From Candidatus Collierbacteria bacterium UBA2277 (GTDB lineage Bacteria; Patescibacteriota; Microgenomatia; UBA1400; MFAQ01): a stretch of 64,000 bases of DNA. The translations under genes and the position numbers were made by a program. Under the pieces are notes generated by a model, which did not search any database, was not told the DNA's origin, and worked only from the letters and a program-made list of their open reading frames with translations. Shown here piece by piece: positions 11,377 to 21,080 of the stretch; position 1 is the first letter of the stretch; each line of letters begins with the position of its first letter. The DNA lies in the NCBI GenBank assembly GCA_002347045.1, contig DDWV01000001.1, positions 100,443-164,442 on the forward strand, written 5' to 3'.

Positions 11377-13152
11377 ATGTTATATTTAAGTATGGATTAT
11401 CAGGAAAAAGCTTTGCTGGACTACTTGGTATCTTCTGGCAAGATGACGGAGGAAAAAATTTCTGAGCTAAAGATAGAAGCGGCTACAACCGGTAAAAGTT
11501 TGACTGACATTATGCTTTCAAAACGATTAATAAAGGAGTCCGACTTGGCTGAGGCAAAGGCAAAGGTTTTGGGGGTTCCCTATTTTTCTGAAAGTAAGAT
11601 ATCTGTTGAGTCAGATCTTTTGAGTTTAATCTCTGTTGATTTGGCTAGAAACTACCAAGTTGTCCCCTATTCTTTGGACAAGACAAATAAGGTTCTAAGT
11701 CTAATTATGGCTAGGCCGGAAGATCTGTCGATTGTTGATTTTTTTCAAAAAAGAACTGGTTATCAGATAAAATCATACCTAACATCAAAGGACAATTTAG
11801 AAACTTTGATAGACAATGTTTACAGTCAAAGCCTTTCAGGTGAGATATCTGGAGTTTTGAAGAGAGGTAGGGAGTCATATGAAGATGAAGGTGTTAGGCT
11901 AGTGACTGCAGATACCATATCTCAAATCATTAAAGAACCTAAGATAGTTGAGATTGTTCGTAAGATATTGGAACATGCTATTCGTCTTCGTGCTTCTGAT
12001 ATTCACATCGAACCAATGGAAAATATTACGAGAGTTAGGTACAGGATTGACGGTATTTTAGAAGAAAAGCTTACTTTGGACAAAGATTATCACAACTCAT
12101 TGATCTCAAGGATTAAGATTTTGGGAGGAATGAAGATCGATGAAAAAAGGATTCCTCAAGATGGACGTTTTAATTTTCAGTCTGAGTGGGGTGAGGTAGA
12201 TTTACGTATCTCTTCGCTTCCAACAGTAAATGGTGAGAAAATTGTTATGCGTCTTTTGAAAAAAACAGACAAAGTTCCTACACTTTCAGAGCTGGGGCTT
12301 AGAGGTAAGGCGTTAACTGTTTTGGAGGAAGCAATACGTATTCCTCACGGAATAATTTTGGCAACTGGCCCTACTGGTTCTGGAAAAACGACGACATTGT
12401 ATTCAATTCTTACGATGGTTAACTCCCCAAAGGTGAATATTGTGGCATTGGAAGATCCTGTTGAGTATCAAATTGCAGGTGTTAATCAAGTCCAAATTAA
12501 TCCTCAGGCAGGGCTTACCTTTGCTTCTGGGCTTCGTTCGTTTTTAAGACAAGATCCAAATATCATTATGGTCGGTGAAATTCGTGATGAAGAAACGGCA
12601 CAGCTAGCTGTTCAAGCTTCGTTGACTGGACACCTTGTTTTTTCAACAGTCCACACAAACTCAGCCGCCGGAGCCCTTCCTCGTTTGGAAGATATGGGTG
12701 CTGAACCGTTTTTGCTTTCTAGTTCCATGACAGCTGTTATTGGTCAACGTGTTTTGAGAAAAATATGCGATAAGTGTTCGACAGCATATGCACCAGATGA
12801 AAAAGTTGTTCACGACGTAACTTCTGTTTTAGGAAAACTGTTGGATGGTTGGGTAAAATCTAATCCTGCAAGGGCGTCTGAAGCACTAAAGAATAATGTT
12901 CCCTTTATGCTTCACAAAGGAGCTGGGTGTGAAAAATGTGGTGGTTCAGGGTACTATGGAAGGATTGGTATTTATGAAGTGCTAAGGGTTACAGAGAAAA
13001 TTGCTAGATTAATTATTGAGAGAGCTGATGCGGCCAGTGTTGAAAGTGCTGCGATAGAAGATGGAATGATAATTATGAAACAAGATGGTTACCTAAAGGC
13101 TTTGGACGGTGTGACATCTTTGGAAGAAGTTATAAGAGTAGCTCAAGTTTAA
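11377..13152 (+). CDS. pilB: type IV pilus assembly ATPase PilB (GspE family)
   Basis: N-terminal GspE_N-like domain, Walker A GPTGSGKTTTL, and a tetracysteine motif CDKC…CEKC. Confidence 0.9.
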   Translation: MLYLSMDYQEKALLDYLVSSGKMTEEKISELKIEAATTGKSLTDIMLSKRLIKESDLAEAKAKVLGVPYFSESKISVESDLLSLISVDLARNYQVVPYSLDKTNKVLSLIMARPEDLSIVDFFQKRTGYQIKSYLTSKDNLETLIDNVYSQSLSGEISGVLKRGRESYEDEGVRLVTADTISQIIKEPKIVEIVRKILEHAIRLRASDIHIEPMENITRVRYRIDGILEEKLTLDKDYHNSLISRIKILGGMKIDEKRIPQDGRFNFQSEWGEVDLRISSLPTVNGEKIVMRLLKKTDKVPTLSELGLRGKALTVLEEAIRIPHGIILATGPTGSGKTTTLYSILTMVNSPKVNIVALEDPVEYQIAGVNQVQINPQAGLTFASGLRSFLRQDPNIIMVGEIRDEETAQLAVQASLTGHLVFSTVHTNSAAGALPRLEDMGAEPFLLSSSMTAVIGQRVLRKICDKCSTAYAPDEKVVHDVTSVLGKLLDGWVKSNPARASEALKNNVPFMLHKGAGCEKCGGSGYYGRIGIYEVLRVTEKIARLIIERADAASVESAAIEDGMIIMKQDGYLKALDGVTSLEEVIRVAQV

Positions 13153-14225
13153 TGGAAAAAGGAACTATCTCAATGCAGGGTTTGTTAGCAATGGTTGCCG
13201 ACAGAGGTGCATCTGATTTGCATTTGATGGCTAATACAGTTCCTGTATTTCGTGAAGTGGGAAGGCTAGTTCCCTATGAAGCCTTTGGTGTTTTGAGTAG
13301 CAGCGACTTGATGACTTTGATTACGGGCGTTATGTCGCAAACTCAGAAAGAGACTTTCTTAAGAGATAAGGAGATTGATTTCTCGATTTCTCTTGTAGGT
13401 AAAGCTAGGTTTAGAGCTAATGCATATTTTCAAAAAGAAAGCCCTGCAATTTCTCTTCGTCATGTTCCACAGACAGTACCGGATTTAGATAGTTTAAAAC
13501 TACCGGGAATATGTCGTGCGTTTGCAAAACTGAAACAAGGGTTTGTGATTGTCACTGGTCCTACAGGTTCGGGAAAATCGACAACGGTGGCCTCGATAAT
13601 AGATGAAATTAACAGTACAAGAACAGAACACATAGTTTCAATTGAAGACCCTATTGAGTTTATTCATGAGAATAAAAAATCCATTATTTCTCAAAGAGAG
13701 CTTGGAGAAGACACAAACAACTGGGATGTGGCAATGAAGTCTGTTTTGCGACAAGATCCGAATGTTGTCTATATCGGTGAGATGCGTGACCCTGAGACTA
13801 TTGCGGCTGCAATGACGGTAGCCGAGACAGGACATTTGGTGTTTGCCACTCTTCACACAAACTCTGCTTCACAGACGATTGAGCGAATTGTGGATAGTTT
13901 CCCCGAAGATCAGCAACCACAGATCGTGTTGCAACTTTCGATGGTTTTAGAGGCTGTGTTGTCTCAAAGACTAATCCCCTCTTTGGATGGTAAGAGAGTT
14001 GTTGCTTCTGAGATATTAATTTCTACGCCTGCTGTTAAAAATAATATTCGAGAAGGAAAAACTTTTCAGATAGATAACGTTATTCAAACAAGTGGAAATT
14101 TAGGCATGAATTTACTTGAGCAAGATCTTGCAGGTTTGGTAAATAGAAATATTATCGATAGAACAGTGGCAATGGAGTATGCAATAAGACCTTCTGTATT
14201 AGATAAATTAATTAGTAGTAAGTAA
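13152..14225 (+). CDS. pilT: type IV pilus retraction ATPase PilT
   Basis: Walker A GPTGSGKSTT. PilT-like length of 357 aa. AIRNLIREGK-like motif (NNIREGK). Confidence 0.88.
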   Translation: MEKGTISMQGLLAMVADRGASDLHLMANTVPVFREVGRLVPYEAFGVLSSSDLMTLITGVMSQTQKETFLRDKEIDFSISLVGKARFRANAYFQKESPAISLRHVPQTVPDLDSLKLPGICRAFAKLKQGFVIVTGPTGSGKSTTVASIIDEINSTRTEHIVSIEDPIEFIHENKKSIISQRELGEDTNNWDVAMKSVLRQDPNVVYIGEMRDPETIAAAMTVAETGHLVFATLHTNSASQTIERIVDSFPEDQQPQIVLQLSMVLEAVLSQRLIPSLDGKRVVASEILISTPAVKNNIREGKTFQIDNVIQTSGNLGMNLLEQDLAGLVNRNIIDRTVAMEYAIRPSVLDKLISSK

Positions 14226-14227
14226 CT

Positions 14228-15430
14228 ATGAAGACGTATTCTTACAAAGTAGTTGACAAAACTGGTAACACGTCGAGTGGGGTGATGGAAGCAGTTGACA
14301 TCAAGCAAGTGGCCTCTATTTTGCGCAGTAAGGGGTTATTTATCACTTCTTTGAATGAGACTGACGGTTTTTCTTTGGACTCAGTGTTTGGACGATTTTC
14401 AAAACCGAAACAGGATGAGATTACGAATTTTACTCGACAACTTTCGACTATGGTTGGGGCTGGTTTGCCTCTTGTTAATGCTCTAAGAATCTTAAAAATG
14501 CAATCCTCGTCATCTCTAAAAGGAGTTATTGACAAGGTTTTGACTGATGTTGAGGGAGGTCTTACTCTCGCTGAAGCTTTGGAGACTTCTGGAGGAGGTT
14601 TTAGTACAGTTTATCTTGCGATGGTTCGTGCCGGTGAGTCTGCAGGTGTTTTAGATCAGGTTTTAAATAAGTTAGCTGATGCACTAGATAAGCAAAGGGA
14701 GTTCAGAAGTAAAACGAAGGGGGCCATGGTTTATCCGTTGATTGTTTTGATTGGAATGATTGTTATTTCAATTATTATGATGGTTTTTGTGGTTCCGAAA
14801 CTTACTGCAATGTACAAGGATTTTGGTGCTGATCTACCTACACCAACGAAAATTTTGATGGGAGTGAGTGACTTTGTAGTGAAGTTTTGGTATGTTGTTA
14901 CAATCGTTTTAGGGGTCGCTTTTGTACTGATTAGAAATTGGGCGAAAACAGAGGTGGGAGCTTTGGTTGTTGAGCAACTTACATTTAGGATACCGATTTG
15001 GGGTAAGCTGAGAAAAGACTTGATCTTGACAGAGTTTGCAAGGACAGTGAGTGTTCTTTTGGGTGCAGGTATCCCAATCTTAGACACACTTCAGATAGTT
15101 TCAGATACTTTGGGTAGTTTGGTTTTTGGAACTGAGGTGCGTCAGGCAGCAACTATGGTCGAAAAAGGTGTTAGTTTGGCTGAAGCTGTTGATAAGATGG
15201 AGTTGTTTCCACCAATACTGGGTCAGATGATCGCCGTTGGTGAAGAAACGGGGAAACTAGATGAAGTTTTAGCAAAACTGGCTGTATTTTATGAGGGAGA
15301 AAGTGAAGTAAAGATTAAAGCTCTAACTACTGCGATAGAGCCGTTGATTATGATTGTCATGGGTATTGGAGTTGGGTTCTTGGTGATAGCTGTTATCATG
15401 CCTATATATAACTTGACAAGCCAGTTCTAA
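14228..15430 (+). CDS. pilC: type IV pilus platform protein PilC (GspF family)
   Basis: Two GspF repeats in a polytopic membrane protein. 400 aa. Confidence 0.85.
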   Translation: MKTYSYKVVDKTGNTSSGVMEAVDIKQVASILRSKGLFITSLNETDGFSLDSVFGRFSKPKQDEITNFTRQLSTMVGAGLPLVNALRILKMQSSSSLKGVIDKVLTDVEGGLTLAEALETSGGGFSTVYLAMVRAGESAGVLDQVLNKLADALDKQREFRSKTKGAMVYPLIVLIGMIVISIIMMVFVVPKLTAMYKDFGADLPTPTKILMGVSDFVVKFWYVVTIVLGVAFVLIRNWAKTEVGALVVEQLTFRIPIWGKLRKDLILTEFARTVSVLLGAGIPILDTLQIVSDTLGSLVFGTEVRQAATMVEKGVSLAEAVDKMELFPPILGQMIAVGEETGKLDEVLAKLAVFYEGESEVKIKALTTAIEPLIMIVMGIGVGFLVIAVIMPIYNLTSQF

Positions 15431-15439
15431 TCGTTCATA

Positions 15440-16081
15440 GTGATATCAGTTATTGTAATTAAAAAAATAAAACAAATGAATAGACCCAATAAAGGTTTCA
15501 CGTTGATGGAGCTCTTGATAGTTATCGGTGTTTTGGGTATTTTAGCTGCAGGTCTTTTGGCGGCTATTGACCCATTTGAACAGCTCAAAAAAGCTCGTGA
15601 TACAAATAGTAGAAGTGCTGCGATTGAGTTGTTGCAATCTTCTCAGAGATACTATGCTAATCATGGTTACCTCCCTTGGTTTAAGACATCTGCTTTGAAT
15701 GTTTATGACTGTGATGGTAGTCCTGCAGACGCAAGTATTCCTTTGTTGAGAACTGCCGTTACTTCTACAGGTCCTTGGTCATATGTTCCTGTAAATAAAG
15801 TAGGTACCACTGGACACAATGCTCAAATGAAAACATGTGTTGAAAGCACTTTGGGTGTCGACGGTGAAATTAAAGACACTTTCTTTAGTGGACTAGCCAC
15901 AACTTTATACGTAACTTCTGGGAGTCAGACAAGGGTTTCAGTTTGTTTCCCTCCTGAGAGTAAATCTAATAGGTCAGACGCTCAGACGGCTTACAATACC
16001 GTTGATAATGTTGGTCAAATCACTTCCGGCTGTACTGATGCCCAGAGAGTTGCTGGGAGCTGTGTTCAATGCTTCCAATAG
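15440..16081 (+). CDS. pilA: type IV pilin (major pilin candidate); likely true start is the ATG at 15476
   Basis: Prepilin leader and cleavage motif …NKG/FTLMELLIVIGVLGILAA with E5. Cys pairs in the C-terminal domain. Confidence 0.8.
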   Translation: MISVIVIKKIKQMNRPNKGFTLMELLIVIGVLGILAAGLLAAIDPFEQLKKARDTNSRSAAIELLQSSQRYYANHGYLPWFKTSALNVYDCDGSPADASIPLLRTAVTSTGPWSYVPVNKVGTTGHNAQMKTCVESTLGVDGEIKDTFFSGLATTLYVTSGSQTRVSVCFPPESKSNRSDAQTAYNTVDNVGQITSGCTDAQRVAGSCVQCFQ

Positions 16082-16234
16082 TATCAATTAGATAATAATA
16101 AAAAGAGGGATAACTCCCTCTTTTTTTGATTGACTGATTATTTGTAGTGCTTTATTCAGTCAATTATTACTTGGACACTGATGTATTCCTCTTTGATGGT
16201 GATTGGTTTATCTTTGGTGATGTATGATTAACTC

Positions 16235-17050
16235 ATGCTTGTAATATTGGCATTTATTTTTGTAATGGGTCTTGTTTGGGGATCTTTTCTAAATGTAGTT
16301 ATATTTAGAATGAGCCATGGTGATTCTCCCCTATCGGGGAGATCTGTGTGCCCAAGTTGTAAACACCAAATTGATTGGTTTTACAACATACCCCTATTTT
16401 CTTATGTATGGCTTTGGGGGAAATGTGCTTATTGTCATAAGAAAATTTCGTTACAATATCCATTGATTGAAACTATAACTGGAGTGTTATTTGTTTGGTG
16501 GTTTGCAGTAGGATTTAGTTTTTTTAGGCTTGCCGGATCTCCATGGAGTTTTATTCAGCCAGTTTTTTGGTTGATTGTTGGTATGGTTTTATTGTCGATT
16601 TTTATGCTGGACTTGCTTTACATGATTATCCCTTTTAGTCTAAATTTGTTACTTTTTTCTTTAGCATTGTTTTATCGAATTGGTTTGACTAGTTTTGGTA
16701 TCATGCAAAGGTCAGACTTGATCAATGCATTACTTTCTGGATTGGGATTATGTTTGTTGTTTGTTGTACTTCAGGTACTTACAAGGGTAATAAAAAAGGT
16801 TGATGGTTTTGGTTTGGGTGATATATATTTGGCACCTTCTTTGGGCTTGTTACTTGGCTGGCCAAAAATTGTTCCTGCTGTATTTTTGTCTTTTGTATCT
16901 GGTGCATTTGTTGGTGTAATTTTTATTTTGTCAAAAAATAAGAAATTTAGTCAGTACTTGCCTTTTGGCCCATTCTTAATTTTCGGTACTGTTTTATCTT
17001 TAGTTTGGGGTGCTGATATGTGGAATTGGTATATGGGTTATCTAGTTTGA
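16235..17050 (+). CDS. pilD: prepilin peptidase PilD (A24 family)
   Basis: N-terminal zinc-binding CPSC…CAYC tetracysteine and a polytopic membrane domain. Confidence 0.85.
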   Translation: MLVILAFIFVMGLVWGSFLNVVIFRMSHGDSPLSGRSVCPSCKHQIDWFYNIPLFSYVWLWGKCAYCHKKISLQYPLIETITGVLFVWWFAVGFSFFRLAGSPWSFIQPVFWLIVGMVLLSIFMLDLLYMIIPFSLNLLLFSLALFYRIGLTSFGIMQRSDLINALLSGLGLCLLFVVLQVLTRVIKKVDGFGLGDIYLAPSLGLLLGWPKIVPAVFLSFVSGAFVGVIFILSKNKKFSQYLPFGPFLIFGTVLSLVWGADMWNWYMGYLV

Positions 17051-17081
17051 CTTTTGACATTGATTACAGCAAAATGAAGTT

Positions 17082-17597
17082 GTGAAGAGTCATAAAGGTT
17101 TTACGTTAATTGAGCTTATTTTGGTTATGGCATTAGTTGGAATTTTGTCAGTGGTTGGGATCGCTTCGTATACTCAGGCTACGATAAAATCAAGAGATAC
17201 AAAAAGAAAGAATGACTTAAATCAGATCGCAAAAGCTCTAGAGTTGTTTAATAATGATGTTGGTCGTTATCCAAAGTCTGATACAGAAGGAAACATGCTA
17301 TGTCCAACAATAGATGGCTCTGAAGATACGTGTATAGGATCCATATACTCATTTTCAAATTCAGTAAGGTCTACTTACATGAGTAATCTTCCCAAAGACC
17401 CTAGTGTCGGTCAGTCATATAAATATTTTCCAAGTGCAAATTTTGACTCATATTCTTTGTATGCTGCATTGGAAAATGAAGAGGATAAAGACCATGTGGT
17501 TGATAGTGATGGAAGACCAACTACTTGGGATATTAGCTGTGGAACTTTTGATTGTAGCTATAAATTATCAGAAATTGGATTAATTAGAGTTAAATAA
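17082..17597 (+). CDS. type IV pilin paralog
   Basis: MKSHKG/FTLIELILVMALVGIL class III signal with E5. Cys-rich C-terminus. Confidence 0.75.
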   Translation: MKSHKGFTLIELILVMALVGILSVVGIASYTQATIKSRDTKRKNDLNQIAKALELFNNDVGRYPKSDTEGNMLCPTIDGSEDTCIGSIYSFSNSVRSTYMSNLPKDPSVGQSYKYFPSANFDSYSLYAALENEEDKDHVVDSDGRPTTWDISCGTFDCSYKLSEIGLIRVK

Positions 17598-17598
17598 T

Positions 17599-18066
17599 AT
17601 GAATCAAAAAGGGTTTACCTTGATAGAGTTGTTGGTATCTATGGGAATAGTAGCTGTGTTAACAGGAATGGCTGTTTTTAATTTTAATCAATCGAGAATT
17701 AGGGCTCGTGATGTTCAAAGGAAAAATGATTTAAGTCAGCTCCAAAAGGCATTGGAGATATATAGAAATGATAATAATGGTAAGTATCCGGATATAGTCC
17801 CCTCTTTTCAGGAAACATTACTTAATGATTCTTATATAAAAACTGAATTTGTTGATCCAAAAGGAAGTGAGTGGGCTAGGTATCAATACAAACCTGATGC
17901 TTCTTTGAAATCATATGACTTGATGTCTTGTTTGGAGAATACGGCTGATAGCGTAAGAGCTTCTTCGGAAAAATGTTTGCAATTTCCAAACAATCAAGGC
18001 TCGGGGGCTGAGTGTGTGTGTGGTGTAGCTAATACTGGAGTTATGTATGTATTAAGTAATCCATAA
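17599..18066 (+). CDS. type IV pilin paralog
   Basis: MNQKG/FTLIELLVSMGIV prepilin signal. Cys-rich C-terminal domain. Confidence 0.75.
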   Translation: MNQKGFTLIELLVSMGIVAVLTGMAVFNFNQSRIRARDVQRKNDLSQLQKALEIYRNDNNGKYPDIVPSFQETLLNDSYIKTEFVDPKGSEWARYQYKPDASLKSYDLMSCLENTADSVRASSEKCLQFPNNQGSGAECVCGVANTGVMYVLSNP

Positions 18067-18070
18067 AAAC

Positions 18071-18475
18071 ATGAAACAAAAAGGTTTTACACTTCTTGAG
18101 CTGTTGGTAGTTATTGGTATTATTGGTATTTTGGTTGCTTTGGCAACTGTATCGTATAGCGCAACGCAGAGATCAGGTAGAGACTCCCGTAGAAAGCAAG
18201 ATATGATTGCAATGCAGAACTCTTTGGAACAGTATTACTCAGAGAACTCTTATAAATATCCTGTTACTTGTTCGGATGCAGAGACACAAATGAAAAGTGC
18301 CTGGCCACAAGATCCAGACAATACCGGCTTGTATGTTTATAGTGAGGTTTGTGCAGAAACAACATATTGTATTTGTGCTTTGATGGAGAAAGAGGGTTCT
18401 GGGAACTCATCGGATGCTTCGTGCGCTTTTAGTAACGACACCAAAAATTATTATTGTGTAGGAAATTTACAGTGA
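18071..18475 (+). CDS. type IV pilin paralog
   Basis: MKQKG/FTLLELLVVIGIIGIL prepilin signal. Six Cys in the C-terminal domain. Confidence 0.75.
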   Translation: MKQKGFTLLELLVVIGIIGILVALATVSYSATQRSGRDSRRKQDMIAMQNSLEQYYSENSYKYPVTCSDAETQMKSAWPQDPDNTGLYVYSEVCAETTYCICALMEKEGSGNSSDASCAFSNDTKNYYCVGNLQ

Positions 18476-18879
18476 AGAATAAAGGATTTACATTTGTTGA
18501 GCTTTTGGTGGTGATAACAATTATTGCTGTTATTTTCGCGGCGGGAGTTGTTTCGTACGCTTCAATTGGTATGAGGTCAAGAGATTCTCGTAGAAAGGCC
18601 GATTTGGAAGCTATCCGTCAGGCATTGGAAATGTGCAGGTCTATTGCTGGTGAGTATCCTGCAGGCATCTATACTTCACACAATGGTTATCTTTCAGTTG
18701 TATGCACAGATACTGTTGAGACGGTAACGATGAAATCAACGCCACTAGATCCAAAGCCTTGCGAGGCTCCGTATGATGACGGATTGTATACATATGTATA
18801 TCCTACCGTTGATGGCGGATACACTTTGACAGCAAACTGCATGGAAGGAGACGGTAGTAATCAAGTAACCAATCCATGA
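18472..18879 (+). CDS. type IV pilin paralog (GTG start overlapping the upstream TGA as GTGA)
   Basis: VKNKG/FTFVELLVVITIIAV prepilin signal. The supplied ORF starts from TTG at 18454, but the 4-nt overlap start gives a canonical 5-aa leader. Confidence 0.7.
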   Translation: MKNKGFTFVELLVVITIIAVIFAAGVVSYASIGMRSRDSRRKADLEAIRQALEMCRSIAGEYPAGIYTSHNGYLSVVCTDTVETVTMKSTPLDPKPCEAPYDDGLYTYVYPTVDGGYTLTANCMEGDGSNQVTNP

Positions 18880-19361
18880 GATGTTTGAAGATTTTTTCAG
18901 GATTTTCTCTAATTGAGTTAATTGTTGTGATTGCAATTATGATTATTTTTTCTGGAGTTTCTATTTCTGCTTATTTTCAGTTTAGTCAAAGGCAAGAGGC
19001 ATTAAATGACGCTAGAAATGTAGCCACGACTTTTCGTAGAGTTCAGTCAATGGCACGTAATTTAGTTTACCCTTCGGGTTGTGCTGGTTTGTCTGGATAT
19101 AGGTTATATACAGACTGTGATGTTTATGATGATTCCTGTAAAAACATGAAAGCCAGTGCCTCTTGTTCTACTGGAGGTGAGATTGTTGTATTTGATGAAG
19201 ATGTTTTATTGGAAACGTCCTTTTCTGGTTTAGTAGATGTTTTTTTTGTAGCGGGTTCAGGGAGCCCGCTTAGTTCTTTTGAGCTTACTTTGGGAATGAA
19301 TCCTTATGTTGTACAGGTTTCTGTTGATGATAATGGAAATATTAATGTTGTCAATTTATGA
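18876..19361 (+). CDS. minor (pseudo)pilin
   Basis: …G/FSLIELIVVIAIMIIF N-terminal pilin-like helix. Overlapping start/stop with neighbouring genes. Confidence 0.6.
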   Translation: MRCLKIFSGFSLIELIVVIAIMIIFSGVSISAYFQFSQRQEALNDARNVATTFRRVQSMARNLVYPSGCAGLSGYRLYTDCDVYDDSCKNMKASASCSTGGEIVVFDEDVLLETSFSGLVDVFFVAGSGSPLSSFELTLGMNPYVVQVSVDDNGNINVVNL

Positions 19362-19768
19362 AATTTTCTTGTGATGAGTATCATCGAGGTCAGACTTTGA
19401 TTGAGATAGTTGTGGCTGTTGGAATAATAGTTGTTGTTCTTGTCGGAGTGTCGGATTTAGTAGCTAGATCACTTAATTTAGCCAGTTTTCAAGCTGATAA
19501 ACATAATGCGGAAAACATAGCTCAAAATCAGTTAAATTATTATCGCCAAGCTCGAGACATTGAACCAAATAATTTTTTTTCTGAAGAAAATCCTCAGAGA
19601 GATTATAGCGAGTGCGTTGGAGCTTTTGACATTGATAAGTATGGGTGTAGTATTGCTTATGTGAACATACCAAACGGTGTTGAGATGACTGTTACGATTG
19701 TTTGGAACGATGGTGATAAACAAATATATATTCCAATGACTCAAGTATTATCAAAACCTACAAAATGA
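19358..19768 (+). CDS. minor (pseudo)pilin
   Basis: …RGQTLIEIVVAVGIIVVVLVG N-terminal pilin-like segment with E at +5. Confidence 0.55.
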   Translation: MKFSCDEYHRGQTLIEIVVAVGIIVVVLVGVSDLVARSLNLASFQADKHNAENIAQNQLNYYRQARDIEPNNFFSEENPQRDYSECVGAFDIDKYGCSIAYVNIPNGVEMTVTIVWNDGDKQIYIPMTQVLSKPTK

Positions 19769-20298
19769 GCAGTATTAATAAAGGATATACACTTGTTGAG
19801 TTACTTGTAACAATGTCTCTTTTGGTTATTGTTCTAACTGGAGGAACTGCCATTTTTTATAGAAGTTTTAAGTCTAGTGGTTTAAGTGATGCTAAAACGA
19901 GTTTGAATGCAAGCATGAAGACTTTGGACGAGTTAATTGAAAGATCATTGCGATATGGAACTGTTTTAAAAGTAATTAATTTATCAGGAGAGAAAGATAG
20001 GTCCGATTGTGTATTAGGTAATGAGACTGGTGTAACTGGATCAACAGTCATAGTTCGAGATCCATCTGGAGGTATAGTGACCTATTCTCTCGGGGACGGA
20101 AAAGTTTCTTCTAACTCTGGAATAATTAGTAATGAAAAAATTGCTGTCAGCAGACTTGAGTTTACTTGGATATGCAGGTCTGGAGTAAATGATAAGATTA
20201 AATTGTTGATAGAAGCTGCTCCAATTGAAAATACAGCTAGTGAATGGACTTCTATTTATGAAAAAGATATAAATTTACTTAACAGCGGAATAAATTGA
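19765..20298 (+). CDS. minor (pseudo)pilin
   Basis: …KG/YTLVELLVTMSLLVIVLTG prepilin-like signal. Confidence 0.6.
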   Translation: MSSINKGYTLVELLVTMSLLVIVLTGGTAIFYRSFKSSGLSDAKTSLNASMKTLDELIERSLRYGTVLKVINLSGEKDRSDCVLGNETGVTGSTVIVRDPSGGIVTYSLGDGKVSSNSGIISNEKIAVSRLEFTWICRSGVNDKIKLLIEAAPIENTASEWTSIYEKDINLLNSGIN

Positions 20299-21053
20299 AA
20301 ATGAAAAATAGTGCTCACGGGGGTCAGGTGGCATTGGTACTAGTCTTAATTATGACGGTGGTTAGTGCCTTGGCCGTATCTCTTGCCACACGATCAACTG
20401 TAGACACTAGAATTCAAAGAACAGAGTCAGAAAGTGTCAACGCCTTGATATTTGCTCAAACGGGACTAGAACGTTTGATGATGAACCCCACAGACTTTTC
20501 TGTTACTGATAAAAACTTTGAAGGTGAAAGACTAGATCTTGGAAGCGAGTCGCTTGATCTTGGACTGGTAAGCGCAGGTAGTACGATTGAACTGAACTTG
20601 ATTGGTGCTGATTTTAGTAAGTTAAATGCTTTTAGAGTTTATTGGGGTCCTGGAGAGGGTTCTGAAGCTGACAAGCCTGCGATATTTATATCGATAATTG
20701 ATGGAAATGGAACAATTTTTGATTATGCTTACGACTATGATGGTCTTAATGGTTTTATGCTCGCTTCGGACGCTTCTGGAGTGTATCAAAAAGTGTCCAG
20801 TGATATTTTGATTAATGCAAATACATTTAGTGTAAGGATTACTGTTTTAGGTTCCCCTGCCCTGTTAAGTATTGTTCCTGTTGGTGCGGGCTCAAGTTTT
20901 CCTCCCCAGATAGTTTCATTGAGGTCTGTTGGTACGGTTGATTCGGATGACAAACAAGTGAAATATGGACTACGGTATGATGAGTCTGCGGTAAACAACA
21001 TCCCCGGGGTGTTTGATTATGCCCTTTTTTCTGGAGGCAGTATTGTTCAGTGA
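20295..21053 (+). CDS. PilX-like large minor pilin
   Basis: …GGQVALVLVLIMTVVSALAVSLA resembles the PilX/GspK N-terminal segment. 252 aa. Confidence 0.5.
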   Translation: MKMKNSAHGGQVALVLVLIMTVVSALAVSLATRSTVDTRIQRTESESVNALIFAQTGLERLMMNPTDFSVTDKNFEGERLDLGSESLDLGLVSAGSTIELNLIGADFSKLNAFRVYWGPGEGSEADKPAIFISIIDGNGTIFDYAYDYDGLNGFMLASDASGVYQKVSSDILINANTFSVRITVLGSPALLSIVPVGAGSSFPPQIVSLRSVGTVDSDDKQVKYGLRYDESAVNNIPGVFDYALFSGGSIVQ

Positions 21054-21080
21054 GTAAATTACTGTTACTATTAATGTAAT

